The notes under the pieces are model-generated. The model saw nothing but the letters and a program-made list of their open reading frames with translations, was not told the origin of the DNA and did no database searches. This document shows, piece by piece, positions 17,752-27,052 of a stretch of DNA of 52,510 bases. Source of the DNA: an uncultured Sphingomonadales bacterium (lineage in GTDB: Bacteria > Pseudomonadota > Alphaproteobacteria > Sphingomonadales > Sphingomonadaceae); NCBI GenBank assembly GCA_937881525.1, contig CALGEE010000070.1:1-52510 (forward strand), read 5' to 3'. Position 1 is the first letter of the stretch; each line of letters starts with the position of its first letter. The translations under genes and the position numbers were made by a program.

Positions 17752-19034
17752 GCTGCCTTTGCAACTGGATTAGCGACGGGTTCGTCGCTGTCGAAGCGCT
17801 CGGGATATTTGCCAAGTAGCAGCAGCAATCCGCCGCCAACGATATAAGCAACAAGGGCGACCCAAAGGATCTGATCATAGCTGCCTGTTGTGTCGCGAAC
17901 TCGGGCATACATTAGCGGTGACATCGCGGAGAAGAAGCCGAAGGGCATATAAAGCATGCCGTAAATCTTGCCATAATGCGCCATACCGAAATAGCGTCCT
18001 GTAAGATAAGCGATCAAATCGCTTTCTGCCCCCGCCGCAAAACCGAGAAGGAACCCAGCGGCTATCGCAAGCGGGGAAGTGACCTCAGCGCCGAGCAATA
18101 TATAGCAGGATATCGCGGGCAGGCAGAGGAGCGGAAAGGCAACGATGCCCTGCCAAAACCGATCCAGCAACAGGCCGGTGATGATCCGGCCCGCAAAAAT
18201 GCCCAGGCCCAAAACCATCATAACACTGCCGGCGGCTTTAGCATCAATGCCGCGATCGCCCAGCATTTTGGGAAGATTTACAAAAGCGCCGCCAAAGGCC
18301 GCTGCGATAACCGCGATGGATAGCCAGATCACCCAAAAGCGATAGTCTTTCAAAGCGGTAGACAGCATGACACCGGTCAGCGTCCCGCCTTCGTCAGCAA
18401 GGCCTACGGGCCGTTCGTCAGCAGTCGGCTCGCGAAACAGGAAATAGCCGACCGGCAGAGCGACACACAGGGGTAGCAATGCTACTACAGCGAACATCGA
18501 ACGCCATCCATAACCCTCAATAACCCTTGGCGCGAGAAAAGGAATGACGATCGCAGCTAAGCTAGTGCCGAGAAGCAATATACCGAGCGCCAACCCGCGC
18601 TTCTTGACGAACCACAAGTTGATAGCGCGGCTCCAACTTACCGGGGTAGACCCAATGCCAACCAATCCAATGATCACCCAAAGCGCGTAGTAGATATACA
18701 GCGTCGATGCCGCCTTCGTAGTTGGCATGAGCGAAACAGCCACAAAGGACAGCCCGAATGCCGCCAACGACAACAGCGCAACCGGCCGGACACCATATCG
18801 GTCCGCGAGCCACCCAAAGAAGGGCGCCAAGAGAGAAGCAATGATCCCGAAAATGGTGATCGGGAGAACAATCTGGGTGATGGTCCAGCCAAACTCTGCC
18901 TGCAATGGCGCAATTGTAAAGCCGATGATGTTCATGGGAATGGGTGACGCGCCACACATCACCCCCAGCACACCGGCCAACAACACCTTCCAACCAAGGC
19001 TGAATTCGCCTCTATTCTGTTGCCCGACCGTCAT
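17748..19034 (-). CDS. MFS transporter
   Basis: About 12 TM helices, motif A GWLADRYGVRP, and WFVKKRGLALG. Confidence 0.9.
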   Translation of the reverse strand: MTVGQQNRGEFSLGWKVLLAGVLGVMCGASPIPMNIIGFTIAPLQAEFGWTITQIVLPITIFGIIASLLAPFFGWLADRYGVRPVALLSLAAFGLSFVAVSLMPTTKAASTLYIYYALWVIIGLVGIGSTPVSWSRAINLWFVKKRGLALGILLLGTSLAAIVIPFLAPRVIEGYGWRSMFAVVALLPLCVALPVGYFLFREPTADERPVGLADEGGTLTGVMLSTALKDYRFWVIWLSIAVIAAAFGGAFVNLPKMLGDRGIDAKAAGSVMMVLGLGIFAGRIITGLLLDRFWQGIVAFPLLCLPAISCYILLGAEVTSPLAIAAGFLLGFAAGAESDLIAYLTGRYFGMAHYGKIYGMLYMPFGFFSAMSPLMYARVRDTTGSYDQILWVALVAYIVGGGLLLLLGKYPERFDSDEPVANPVAKAA

Positions 19035-19043
19035 TCAGGATCC

Positions 19044-19952
19044 TTACTGTTTCGGAGCGGCTGCCCTTTTGGCATCGATCCATAGCTTAAACTCGGTCCA
19101 TGTGGTCGCATTTTTGCGCGTGTCATCACCTGGAGGCGGCGTATTATAGGTGGGATAATTGGTGGCGATCTCGTCTTTCAGGACCTTGGGCAGTTCATCA
19201 TAGCTTTTCAGCTTATTGCCCATCGCGTTGAAGATGATCGTTCCATCACGTCCGCGCATTTTCATCCACGGCATCCAACCGGAAATCCGAACCCAACTGA
19301 TCGCGGGATAGGCGGTCTTGTTGCGTTTATCCAAAATTTCGGACGCACGCATGGTGAAATCGAAAATCTCCATCGCGTGATATTTGCCGCCTTCATAATC
19401 CTGATAATCGCCCTGCAGCACATTGTGATAAAAGAGTGGCACCTCCAGCGGCATGAACATCCAGTCGCCCTGCTGGCGGATATTTGGAAGCTTATAGGGC
19501 TTGCGATCAGCGGAATAGGGATAGTTTGGCGGGCTGTTCACCGGGTCATTGGCGATCTGCATCACCTCAACCTTCTCGCCGGTAACAGGATTATCCCACA
19601 TCCGCACAACTTCGTTGGTTTTGGGATCAAGATAGAGCATGATCTCCCGGCTGACCTGGCGATAGCCCACGCCTCGCTTGGGGTCTTCAATCCGCACACA
19701 TTGGCGGATATTCATGCCTTCACCATTGAATAAATGACGGTCCGGTTCGCCGGTTCGGCGCGAATAGACTTTGCCGCTCCAGTGATAGACAGCAGGAACG
19801 CCATCGGCCTCGCCGCACTGCGTGCGCTTCATGATTTCCAGCGCATCCTCGGGCTTGGACGGATCAAGCATGCTGCCCTTCTTCGCCTGCGCAGGCGAAG
19901 AAAAAGTCAGCATAGACGCTGAAATCATTATAAATGCGGTAAGTTTTTTCAT
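19044..19952 (-). CDS. Secreted DUF1838-family protein
   Basis: Sec signal MKKLTAFIMISASMLTFSSPAQA. YHWSGKVY, LFNGEGMNIRQC, SREIMLYLDPKT, ANDPVN and WVRISGWMPWMKM match DUF1838 as I recall it. Confidence 0.75.
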   Translation of the reverse strand: MKKLTAFIMISASMLTFSSPAQAKKGSMLDPSKPEDALEIMKRTQCGEADGVPAVYHWSGKVYSRRTGEPDRHLFNGEGMNIRQCVRIEDPKRGVGYRQVSREIMLYLDPKTNEVVRMWDNPVTGEKVEVMQIANDPVNSPPNYPYSADRKPYKLPNIRQQGDWMFMPLEVPLFYHNVLQGDYQDYEGGKYHAMEIFDFTMRASEILDKRNKTAYPAISWVRISGWMPWMKMRGRDGTIIFNAMGNKLKSYDELPKVLKDEIATNYPTYNTPPPGDDTRKNATTWTEFKLWIDAKRAAAPKQ

Positions 19953-19994
19953 CAGAGCCTCCTTAGTGAAGCATGCTAAGCCCTTCGGGCCGGG

Positions 19995-20023
19995 TTGCAA
20001 TAATCTTATTCTTCCTCTAGATT
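19995..20023 (+). promoter_or_regulatory. Putative sigma70 promoter for the citE-like operon
   Basis: TTGCAA (19995-20000), 17-bp spacer, TAGATT (20018-20023). The -10 element overlaps operator 3. Confidence 0.55.
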
Positions 20024-20036
20024 TGTCCGGACAAAT
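20021..20036. promoter_or_regulatory. Putative GntR operator 3, ATTTGTCCGGACAAAT
   Basis: Perfect 16-bp palindrome in a divergent intergenic region. Confidence 0.85.
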
Positions 20037-20076
20037 TGTTAAGAGCGAATTTTAGTTGAAGTCAATAGCGGGTATC

Positions 20077-20886
20077 ATGAACACATTCACAAACTTCCTT
20101 TTTGTTCCAGCCAGCAAGCCCGAACGCTTTGAAAAGGCGATGGATTCGGGTGCGGATCTGATTTGTATAGATATGGAAGATTCGGTGCCAGCTTCTGCCA
20201 AGGATTCGGCGCGTGAAGATGCGATTGATGCGTTGAAATGGCTTGATTTGAGCAAAACGGCGGTTCGCATCAACGGAATTCGCACCGCAGAAGGCTTGGC
20301 TGATCTTTTGGCTTTAAGGGCCTCGGACAAAAAGCCATGCCTGCTGTTTATCCCGATGGTTGAACATACGGTAGAAATTGAAATCGCAAAATCTGTTCTG
20401 GGCGGTGGCGTTGATGGCTTTGTTCCGCTCATTGAGACGGTGCGCGGGCTGAACAATGCGATGGAGATTGCTGCAGCCGATGGGGTTGCTGCGGTGATGT
20501 TTGGCGGAGGTGATTTTTCCGGCGAGCTTGGCGTAAAAATGGATTGGGAACCGCTGTTGACCGCGCGCAGTCAGCTGGTGATGGCCTGCGCCGCTGCAAA
20601 AGTTTACTGTGTGGATGTTCCCTTTATCGACATAGCCAATGAAGCTGGTTTGGCCGATGAAACGGCACGTGTTAAAGCTCTTGGTTTCCATGCCAAGGCG
20701 GCAATTCATCCCTCTCAAATTGCCATTATCAAAATGGGTATGAAGCCAACGGAGGCTGAGGTTGCAGAAGCAAAGGACGCTTTGGCGGCTTTCGAAGCGT
20801 CGGGCGGGGCCGTTATCCGGCACAAGGGACAGATGCTGGAGGTGCCGATTGTCAAGCGATACCAACAAATATTGGCCTCAGCTTAA
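20077..20886 (+). CDS. HpcH/HpaI aldolase / citrate lyase beta (CitE)-like acyl-CoA lyase
   Basis: LFVPASKPERFEKA, DMEDSV, VRING, LIETVRG, FGGGDF and KAAIHPSQI motifs. Confidence 0.9.
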   Translation: MNTFTNFLFVPASKPERFEKAMDSGADLICIDMEDSVPASAKDSAREDAIDALKWLDLSKTAVRINGIRTAEGLADLLALRASDKKPCLLFIPMVEHTVEIEIAKSVLGGGVDGFVPLIETVRGLNNAMEIAAADGVAAVMFGGGDFSGELGVKMDWEPLLTARSQLVMACAAAKVYCVDVPFIDIANEAGLADETARVKALGFHAKAAIHPSQIAIIKMGMKPTEAEVAEAKDALAAFEASGGAVIRHKGQMLEVPIVKRYQQILASA

Positions 20887-20918
20887 TACCAATTGAGATA
20901 TAAAAGGAAGTTATAACT

Positions 20919-21428
20919 ATGCGTGACGGTGTAATTGAAATCTCCCCAGGTCGGTTTCGCGAAGTGCAAGGCCGCTTCTTTGAGGATTTCGAGATCGGTC
21001 ACATTTATGAGCACCGCCCTGGACGGACGATCACCGATACCGATAACGTATGGTTCACCCTGCTGACGATGAATACGCATCCGGCGCATTTCGACTATGC
21101 TTTTTCTGAAAAGACCGAATTCGGTAAGCCGCTGGTGGCTAGCCCGCTGACCATAGCTTTGATGACCGGCATGAGTGTTTCGGACACCAGCGGCAAGGCC
21201 ATCGCCAATCTCGGCTGGGATGAAGTGCGAATGGTCCACCCGCTGTTCGTTGGCGACACACTTTATGCCGAAAGCGAAGTCCTCGACAAGCGCGAGAGCA
21301 AAAGCCGACCGGACCAGGGGATCATTACCTTCAAAACCGTCGGTAACAACCAGAATAACATTATTGTAAGTCATTATAAGCGTACCGTCCTCGTCTGGAA
21401 ACGCGGCTATGGTCCGGTCAACGACTGA
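20919..21428 (+). CDS. MaoC-family (hot-dog) enoyl-CoA hydratase/dehydratase
   Basis: GRFFEDFEIG, RTITDTDNVWFTLLTMNTHPAHFD and ANLGWDEVR motifs. Confidence 0.9.
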   Translation: MRDGVIEISPGRFREVQGRFFEDFEIGHIYEHRPGRTITDTDNVWFTLLTMNTHPAHFDYAFSEKTEFGKPLVASPLTIALMTGMSVSDTSGKAIANLGWDEVRMVHPLFVGDTLYAESEVLDKRESKSRPDQGIITFKTVGNNQNNIIVSHYKRTVLVWKRGYGPVND

Positions 21429-21479
21429 CGGCGAGCGCCGGTAAAGACGATCAGCAAGGAAATTTTAGGAATACATAAG

Positions 21480-22658
21480 ATGCCAACTGCACCCAGCACC
21501 TTTCACGAACAAATGAGCCCGGATGAAGAAGCTGCGTTACTCGATGCGATCCAGAAATGGATCGACAAGGAAGTCCGTCCGGTCGTCCAGAAGTATGACC
21601 ATGCCGATGAATGGCCTGCGGATATTGTCGAACAGATGAAGGAAATGGGCCTGTTCGGAGCGACCATTGGGCAAGAATATGGCGGCCTAGGCCTGTCAGC
21701 TGTGACCTACGCAAAAATTGTTGCGATGATCTCCTCCTACTGGATGGCAATTACCGGTATTTTCAACTCTCACCTGATCATGGCCTGCGCAGTGGATCGT
21801 TTCGGAACACCCGCGCAGAAAGTCAAATGGCTACCAAAATTTGCCACAGGCGAAATCCGCGGTGGCCTCGCGTTAACTGAGCCCAATGCCGGAACCGACC
21901 TGCAGGCAATCCGCACCGTCGCAGAACGTGATGGTGACGAGTATATCATCAATGGCACAAAGACCTGGATTTCCAATGGCATCAAGGGTGAGTGTTTTGC
22001 GCTTTTGGTTAAAACGGATACCAAGGCCGAGCCCCGTTACAAGGGCATGAGCCTTATGATCGCGCCGAAGCATGAAGGCTTCACGACGGGTAAGAAGTTT
22101 AAGAAGATGGGTTATAATTGCATCGACAGTGCCGAACTGATTTTCGATAATTACCGTATCCCTGCAGATAACCTGATCGGCGGTGTCGAGGGCCAAGGCT
22201 TCTTCCAGGCTACCGGAGGCCTTGAGCTGGGTCGTATCAATATCGCGGCGCGCGGCGTTGGTTTGGCCGAGGGCGCGCTGCGGCTCGCGACCGAATATGC
22301 CCAGCAGCGCCAGACTATGGGCAAGCCAATTTCGGAGCATCAGGCAATCCAGCTGAAGATTGGCGAAATGGTAACGCGTGCCCGCGCTGCTCGCTTGCTG
22401 ACCTTTGATGCTGCCGAAGCCTATGATCGCGGCGAGCGTTGTGACATGGAGGCTGGTATGGCGAAATACTTCGCCTCGGAAGCGGCCGTAGCCAACAGCC
22501 AGGAAGCGATGCGGGTGTTCGGCGGATATTCCTATTCCAAGGAATATGACATTGAACGATTTTACCGTGATTCTATGCTGATGTGCATCGGCGAAGGTAC
22601 CAATGAAATGCAGCGGATGATCATCTCCAAACAATGGGTGAAGAGGAACCCAGCTTGA
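21480..22658 (+). CDS. Acyl-CoA dehydrogenase
   Basis: LALTEPNAGTD, INGTKTWISNG, GRINIAA and IGEGTNEMQR motifs. Confidence 0.95.
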   Translation: MPTAPSTFHEQMSPDEEAALLDAIQKWIDKEVRPVVQKYDHADEWPADIVEQMKEMGLFGATIGQEYGGLGLSAVTYAKIVAMISSYWMAITGIFNSHLIMACAVDRFGTPAQKVKWLPKFATGEIRGGLALTEPNAGTDLQAIRTVAERDGDEYIINGTKTWISNGIKGECFALLVKTDTKAEPRYKGMSLMIAPKHEGFTTGKKFKKMGYNCIDSAELIFDNYRIPADNLIGGVEGQGFFQATGGLELGRINIAARGVGLAEGALRLATEYAQQRQTMGKPISEHQAIQLKIGEMVTRARAARLLTFDAAEAYDRGERCDMEAGMAKYFASEAAVANSQEAMRVFGGYSYSKEYDIERFYRDSMLMCIGEGTNEMQRMIISKQWVKRNPA

Positions 22659-23848
22659 GCGTGAAGCAACCCTTAAAGGGCTTCCGCGTTCTTTCCGCAG
22701 AGCAATATGGTGCCGGCCCTTACGGTACCATGTTCCTCGCGCAATTGGGTGCAGAGGTCATTAAGATCGAACCGCCAAAAGGCGGCGATACCGCCCGCCA
22801 TGTTGGGCCGCATTGGTTGCGCGAGGGTGAAAGCCTTTATTTTCAGAGCTTCAATCTAAACAAGAAATCACTGACGCTCGACCTTACCAGCCCGGAAGGC
22901 GTCGAGATACTGCACAAGCTTGTCAAGAGCGCGCATGTCGTGGCCAATAATCTGCGCGGTGATGTGCCCGCCAAGATTGGACTGGATTATGCGTCATTGA
23001 AACCCGTGAACCCTGCTATCGTCTGTGCCCATATCTCGGCCTATGGTCGCGATAATGAACGCGCCAAATGGCCGGGCTATGACTATCTGATGCAGGCAGA
23101 AGCGGGCTTCTGCTCACTGACCGGCGAACCCGACGGGCCACCTGTGCGTTTTGGCCTTTCGATGGTGGACTTTATGAGCGGCACGCAAATGGCCGTTGGC
23201 TTGCTCGCAGCCCTTCTGGATGCGCAGCGTTCCGGCGAAGGTTGCGACGTTGATGTAGACCTTCTTTCCACCGCTGTGCATCAGACTAGCTATCCAGCAA
23301 TCTGGTATATGAATGAAGGCGATGTGACCGTGCGGGCGCCGCGCGGTGCCCATCCCAGCGTCACACCCAGCCAACTGTTCAAAGCCAAAGACGGCTGGAT
23401 GTTCGTCATGGCGCAAACACCTAAATTTTGGCCCATATTGGCCGATCGGATCAGGCATTCAGAATTGATCAATGATCCGCGTTTCGATACGCCCGCCAAC
23501 CGTTTGGCGAACCGCGTTGAGCTATGCAGTATACTCGACGGCATCTTTGGCGCGCATCCGGTGGTGCATTGGTTGGCACTGCTGCAAGGGCATATGCCTA
23601 TTGCGCCGGTCTATGATCTCGACCAGGCGCTCGATAATCCTTGGCTTGAAACAATTGGCATGCGCGAGACAATTAACCATCCGGACAAACCTGAAATGGA
23701 CGTGCTTTCCAGCCCGATCAAGATTGATGGCAAGCGGCTACCTAACCGCGCTGGTCCCTATCTGGGCGCGGACAGCAATGAGATATTGGGTGCAATCGGC
23801 TATGATGCCAGCCAGGTAGCAAAGCTGCGCGCAAGCGGAGTGGTATAA
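22655..23848 (+). CDS. CaiB/BaiF family III CoA-transferase
   Basis: PLKGFRVL, GAEVIKIEPP, NLNKKSLTLDL and PGYDYLMQAEAG (catalytic Asp) motifs. Start approximate. Confidence 0.92.
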   Translation: MSVKQPLKGFRVLSAEQYGAGPYGTMFLAQLGAEVIKIEPPKGGDTARHVGPHWLREGESLYFQSFNLNKKSLTLDLTSPEGVEILHKLVKSAHVVANNLRGDVPAKIGLDYASLKPVNPAIVCAHISAYGRDNERAKWPGYDYLMQAEAGFCSLTGEPDGPPVRFGLSMVDFMSGTQMAVGLLAALLDAQRSGEGCDVDVDLLSTAVHQTSYPAIWYMNEGDVTVRAPRGAHPSVTPSQLFKAKDGWMFVMAQTPKFWPILADRIRHSELINDPRFDTPANRLANRVELCSILDGIFGAHPVVHWLALLQGHMPIAPVYDLDQALDNPWLETIGMRETINHPDKPEMDVLSSPIKIDGKRLPNRAGPYLGADSNEILGAIGYDASQVAKLRASGVV

Positions 23849-23853
23849 CTCCA

Positions 23854-24951
23854 ATGGCGGCGGAAGGCGGAAAACTTGCGGGCATAAAGGTCCTCGACCT
23901 GTCGCTGTTCCTTCCCGGCCCGATGCTGACCGTGATGATGGCCGATCACGGAGCTGAGGTTGTCAAAGTGGAGCCCCCCACAGGCGATCCGGTCCGCGAA
24001 ATGGAGCCGTTTGAAAATGGCCATTCGGTATGGTTTGCGAATCTCAATCGTGGCAAGAAAAGCGTAGTTTGCGATCTAAAAAGCGAAGCGGGCAAAGCAA
24101 AGCTCTGGGATTTCATTGCCGACGCCGATGTCTTCGTTGAAGCCTTTCGCCCGGGCGTAATGAAGCGGCTGGGCTTCGATTATCAAGCCGTGTCATTACG
24201 CAATCCGCGTATCGTTTATTGCTCCATCTCCGCCTTTGGTCAGGAAGGTGAGCTGGCTCATCACCCTGCGCATGACATGGCGGTGCAGGCGCTGGCCGGC
24301 TTTTTGTCAGTCAATGATAGTCCTGATGGCGCGCCTGTGGTGCCGGGCGTGCCGTCTGCCGATATGGCAGGTGGGCTGACGGGATTGTCGGCAATCCTGA
24401 TGGCGTTAATTGGACGCGAGAGGACTGGGCGCGGGGACTATATCGATATGGCGATGTTCGACGCAATGCTGCCTTGGTGCGTGCATACCGCCGGTAGTGC
24501 TATAGCTGGCGGTGAAGCCCCGCAGTCTGGGGCACAACGCTCATTGGGCGGCGCTGCTTTCTATCAAGTCTACGAGACATCAGACGGAAAACACGTAGTG
24601 CTGGGCGGACGTGAGAAGAAGTTTGCGCGCAATCTGCTAATCGCGCTGGGGCATGAAGATCGGATCGAAGAGGCGCTGCGTCCGGCAGGGGAACAAGATG
24701 ATCTCATCAAATTACTACGCAGCATTTTTGCACAAAAAATGCGCTCCGAATGGGTGGAATGGTTCGCCGACAAGGATGTTGCCTTCTCGCCAGTGCTGGA
24801 TTTCCGCGAGGCGTTTGACCAGCCGCACATTCAAGGGCGCAGCTTGCTCTCGGAATCAGAAAATCGCCATCACATCGCCTCGCCAATTCGTTTCGCTGGG
24901 ACAGAAAAAAAGAATTACGGCGCTGTTCCTAAATTGGGGGCAGATGGATGA
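23854..24951 (+). CDS. CaiB/BaiF family III CoA-transferase / racemase
   Basis: LAGIKVLDLS, NRGKKSV, FRPGVMKRLG and PAHDMAVQALAG motifs. Confidence 0.92.
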   Translation: MAAEGGKLAGIKVLDLSLFLPGPMLTVMMADHGAEVVKVEPPTGDPVREMEPFENGHSVWFANLNRGKKSVVCDLKSEAGKAKLWDFIADADVFVEAFRPGVMKRLGFDYQAVSLRNPRIVYCSISAFGQEGELAHHPAHDMAVQALAGFLSVNDSPDGAPVVPGVPSADMAGGLTGLSAILMALIGRERTGRGDYIDMAMFDAMLPWCVHTAGSAIAGGEAPQSGAQRSLGGAAFYQVYETSDGKHVVLGGREKKFARNLLIALGHEDRIEEALRPAGEQDDLIKLLRSIFAQKMRSEWVEWFADKDVAFSPVLDFREAFDQPHIQGRSLLSESENRHHIASPIRFAGTEKKNYGAVPKLGADG

Positions 24952-25742
24952 ATGCTCCACTGCGCCGGTCGGGCTCCTACATCGATATGCATCGAATAGG
25001 CAAAGCGCTCGCCGGGATGGTAGTTTGCCGAAATTTCAAACAGCCTTTCATTCTGATCAAAATAGCAACGCAAAATGCGCAGGATCGGTTCACCTTTTTC
25101 TATGCCAAGACTGCTGGCAAAATGTTTCGAGGCGGTGATCGCCTGAATGTCCTGCGTGATTTGGGTGATTTCTATCTCAGCAAAATTCTGAAGCTGGCCG
25201 AAGATGGTTGCCTCCGTCACATCGATTTTCTCGACCGCTCCGGCAAGGTCCGGATGTATCCAGGCAACGGTGATCGCGATCGGGTGCTTGAGCCCAGGCT
25301 TCATGCGCTGGCCGTGAAAGACAAACCATTTATCGGCCGTGGCAAGGCCGATTTGGTCAGCAATTTTTGGCGGAATTTCTTGCGGTTCCATTTTCTCAAA
25401 GTTGATACTGGTATCGCGCGCATATTGCAGGATTTCGCGAACATTGGACAGCGGCTGGCGCAGCGCACCTGCACGAGCAGAAGCCGGCTGGATTGTAGTA
25501 CCCGATCCGCGACGCCGAGAAATCAGTCCTTCCTGCGTCAATTTACGCAGCGCCTCACGGACGGTAAAGCGCGATACACCAAACTTTTTGCACAATACTG
25601 TTTCGGTCGGGAATTGTTCTTCTTTGGAGAACTCGCCCATCATGATCGCGGAGCGCAACTCATCCGCGAGCTCGAGATATCGAGGTTTTCGGTTCTTTTT
25701 AGGCGGAGACGGAATGTCTATATCTTTTCGAATTATCGTCAA
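24915..25742 (-). CDS. GntR-family (HutC/UTRA) transcriptional regulator
   Basis: wHTH PTETVLCKKFGVSRFTVREAL...RRRGSGT followed by a UTRA-like C-terminal domain. Divergent from the PrpD operon. Confidence 0.92.
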   Translation of the reverse strand: MTIIRKDIDIPSPPKKNRKPRYLELADELRSAIMMGEFSKEEQFPTETVLCKKFGVSRFTVREALRKLTQEGLISRRRGSGTTIQPASARAGALRQPLSNVREILQYARDTSINFEKMEPQEIPPKIADQIGLATADKWFVFHGQRMKPGLKHPIAITVAWIHPDLAGAVEKIDVTEATIFGQLQNFAEIEITQITQDIQAITASKHFASSLGIEKGEPILRILRCYFDQNERLFEISANYHPGERFAYSMHIDVGARPAQWSIHPSAPNLGTAP

Positions 25743-25771
25743 ATAATCTCTCCTCCCAGATTAACATCTAT

Positions 25772-25783
25772 TTGTCCGGGGAA
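25772..25783. promoter_or_regulatory. Degenerate operator 4, TTGTCCGGGGAA (autoregulatory site)
   Basis: 10 of 12 positions match the consensus. Lies in the 59-bp gntR/prpD divergent gap. Confidence 0.6.
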
Positions 25784-25801
25784 GCTAAGGCAGGTCGCGG
25801 C

Positions 25802-27052
25802 ATGACGCAAGAGAGCTTGACCGAAAAATTGGCGAAACATTTGACGCTGCGGGTGGACGAAGCAACACGCGCCAGGGCGCGGCTGCATCTGCTGGATTGG
25901 CTGGGCTGTGTTGCGGGCGCGCGGGAATCGAAGGTGGCCGCGCTGCTGGCTAAGAGCCACATCTGCCCGGTCGAAACCTCGTCATGGCTGGGCAATGTGC
26001 TGGAAATGGATGACATCCACCGCACTGCCATTCTCCATCCTGGCCCGGTCATCTGGCAGCCAGTGATTGATGCGGCCGAGGATGCGGGCGTCAGCATGGA
26101 CAAGGCGCTCGACAGCGCAGTGCGCGGATATGAAGCGATGGTGGCGATTGGATCGACCTTTGATGCGCATCATTATGCACATTATCACCCCACGGCCACC
26201 GCAGGCGCTTTTGGTGCGGCGGCAGCTGTTGTCTCGATCCACAGTCTGAAACCAAATCAGTTGCTCGATGCGCTTGGCAATGCTGGATCGACGACGGGTG
26301 GCCTTTGGCAAATGCGACATGAGGCTGTCATGACCAAGCAGTTCCATACTGCAACCGCAGCGCAAAACGGCTATTTTGCGGCTTTCATGGCGCGATCAGG
26401 TATCACCGGACCGCGCATGATCCTGGAGGGGCCGCAGGGCCTTTATGCGGCGACTTGCAGATCACCAAAGCCAATGGAATACCCCAAACGCTGGCGGATC
26501 TGGGATGTTAGCTTCAAGCCCTGGGGCGCTTGCCGCCACGCACATCCGGCGATTGATGCGGCGCTTGAGCTTCAGGCTTTACTCGGCAAGCTGGATGGTG
26601 AGATATTGGTGGAAACCTATAGTGACGCCATCACCTTTTGCGATAACCTGAACCCGAAAACCGTCCATCAGGCTAAATTCTCGCTGCAGCATGCGATCGC
26701 GGTTGTAGCGGTCAGCGGCGTGCCAACGCTTGCAGATTTCGAGCCAGCAATGATCAATAAGCTCGCCAAACAGCGTGCCAAGGTAACCTTGAGGGAATGC
26801 AAGGACATCAGCGCTCGTTATCCCGAGCATTATGGCGCACGGGTGACTTGCAACAAGCAGGTCGTTGAAATGATCGACACGCTCGGCGATCCCGAACGGC
26901 CAATGAGCGAAGTGCAGGTGATCGACAAGGCACGCGCGCTGATGGCGTGGGGTGGGCTTTCGAAGAAGCAAGCGGATAAGGCTGTCAAACTGGCCCTCGA
27001 AGGCGATGATCCTGCCGCGATTTACAAGATGCTCGGGAAATGGCTAGGATGA
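25802..27052 (+). CDS. MmgE/PrpD family protein
   Basis: LLDWLGC, EMDDIH...HPGPV, RGYE, HPTATAG and FKPWGACRHAHP motifs. Confidence 0.9.
   Translation: MTQESLTEKLAKHLTLRVDEATRARARLHLLDWLGCVAGARESKVAALLAKSHICPVETSSWLGNVLEMDDIHRTAILHPGPVIWQPVIDAAEDAGVSMDKALDSAVRGYEAMVAIGSTFDAHHYAHYHPTATAGAFGAAAAVVSIHSLKPNQLLDALGNAGSTTGGLWQMRHEAVMTKQFHTATAAQNGYFAAFMARSGITGPRMILEGPQGLYAATCRSPKPMEYPKRWRIWDVSFKPWGACRHAHPAIDAALELQALLGKLDGEILVETYSDAITFCDNLNPKTVHQAKFSLQHAIAVVAVSGVPTLADFEPAMINKLAKQRAKVTLRECKDISARYPEHYGARVTCNKQVVEMIDTLGDPERPMSEVQVIDKARALMAWGGLSKKQADKAVKLALEGDDPAAIYKMLGKWLG

Noticed and set aside
24948-25805. 285-aa plus-strand ORF, and similar long ORFs at 3840-4541, 21873-22634, 30422-31111, 32779-33624 and 38054-38761
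   Set aside because: These are antisense shadows of well-supported genes in GC-rich DNA, with no recognisable motifs.
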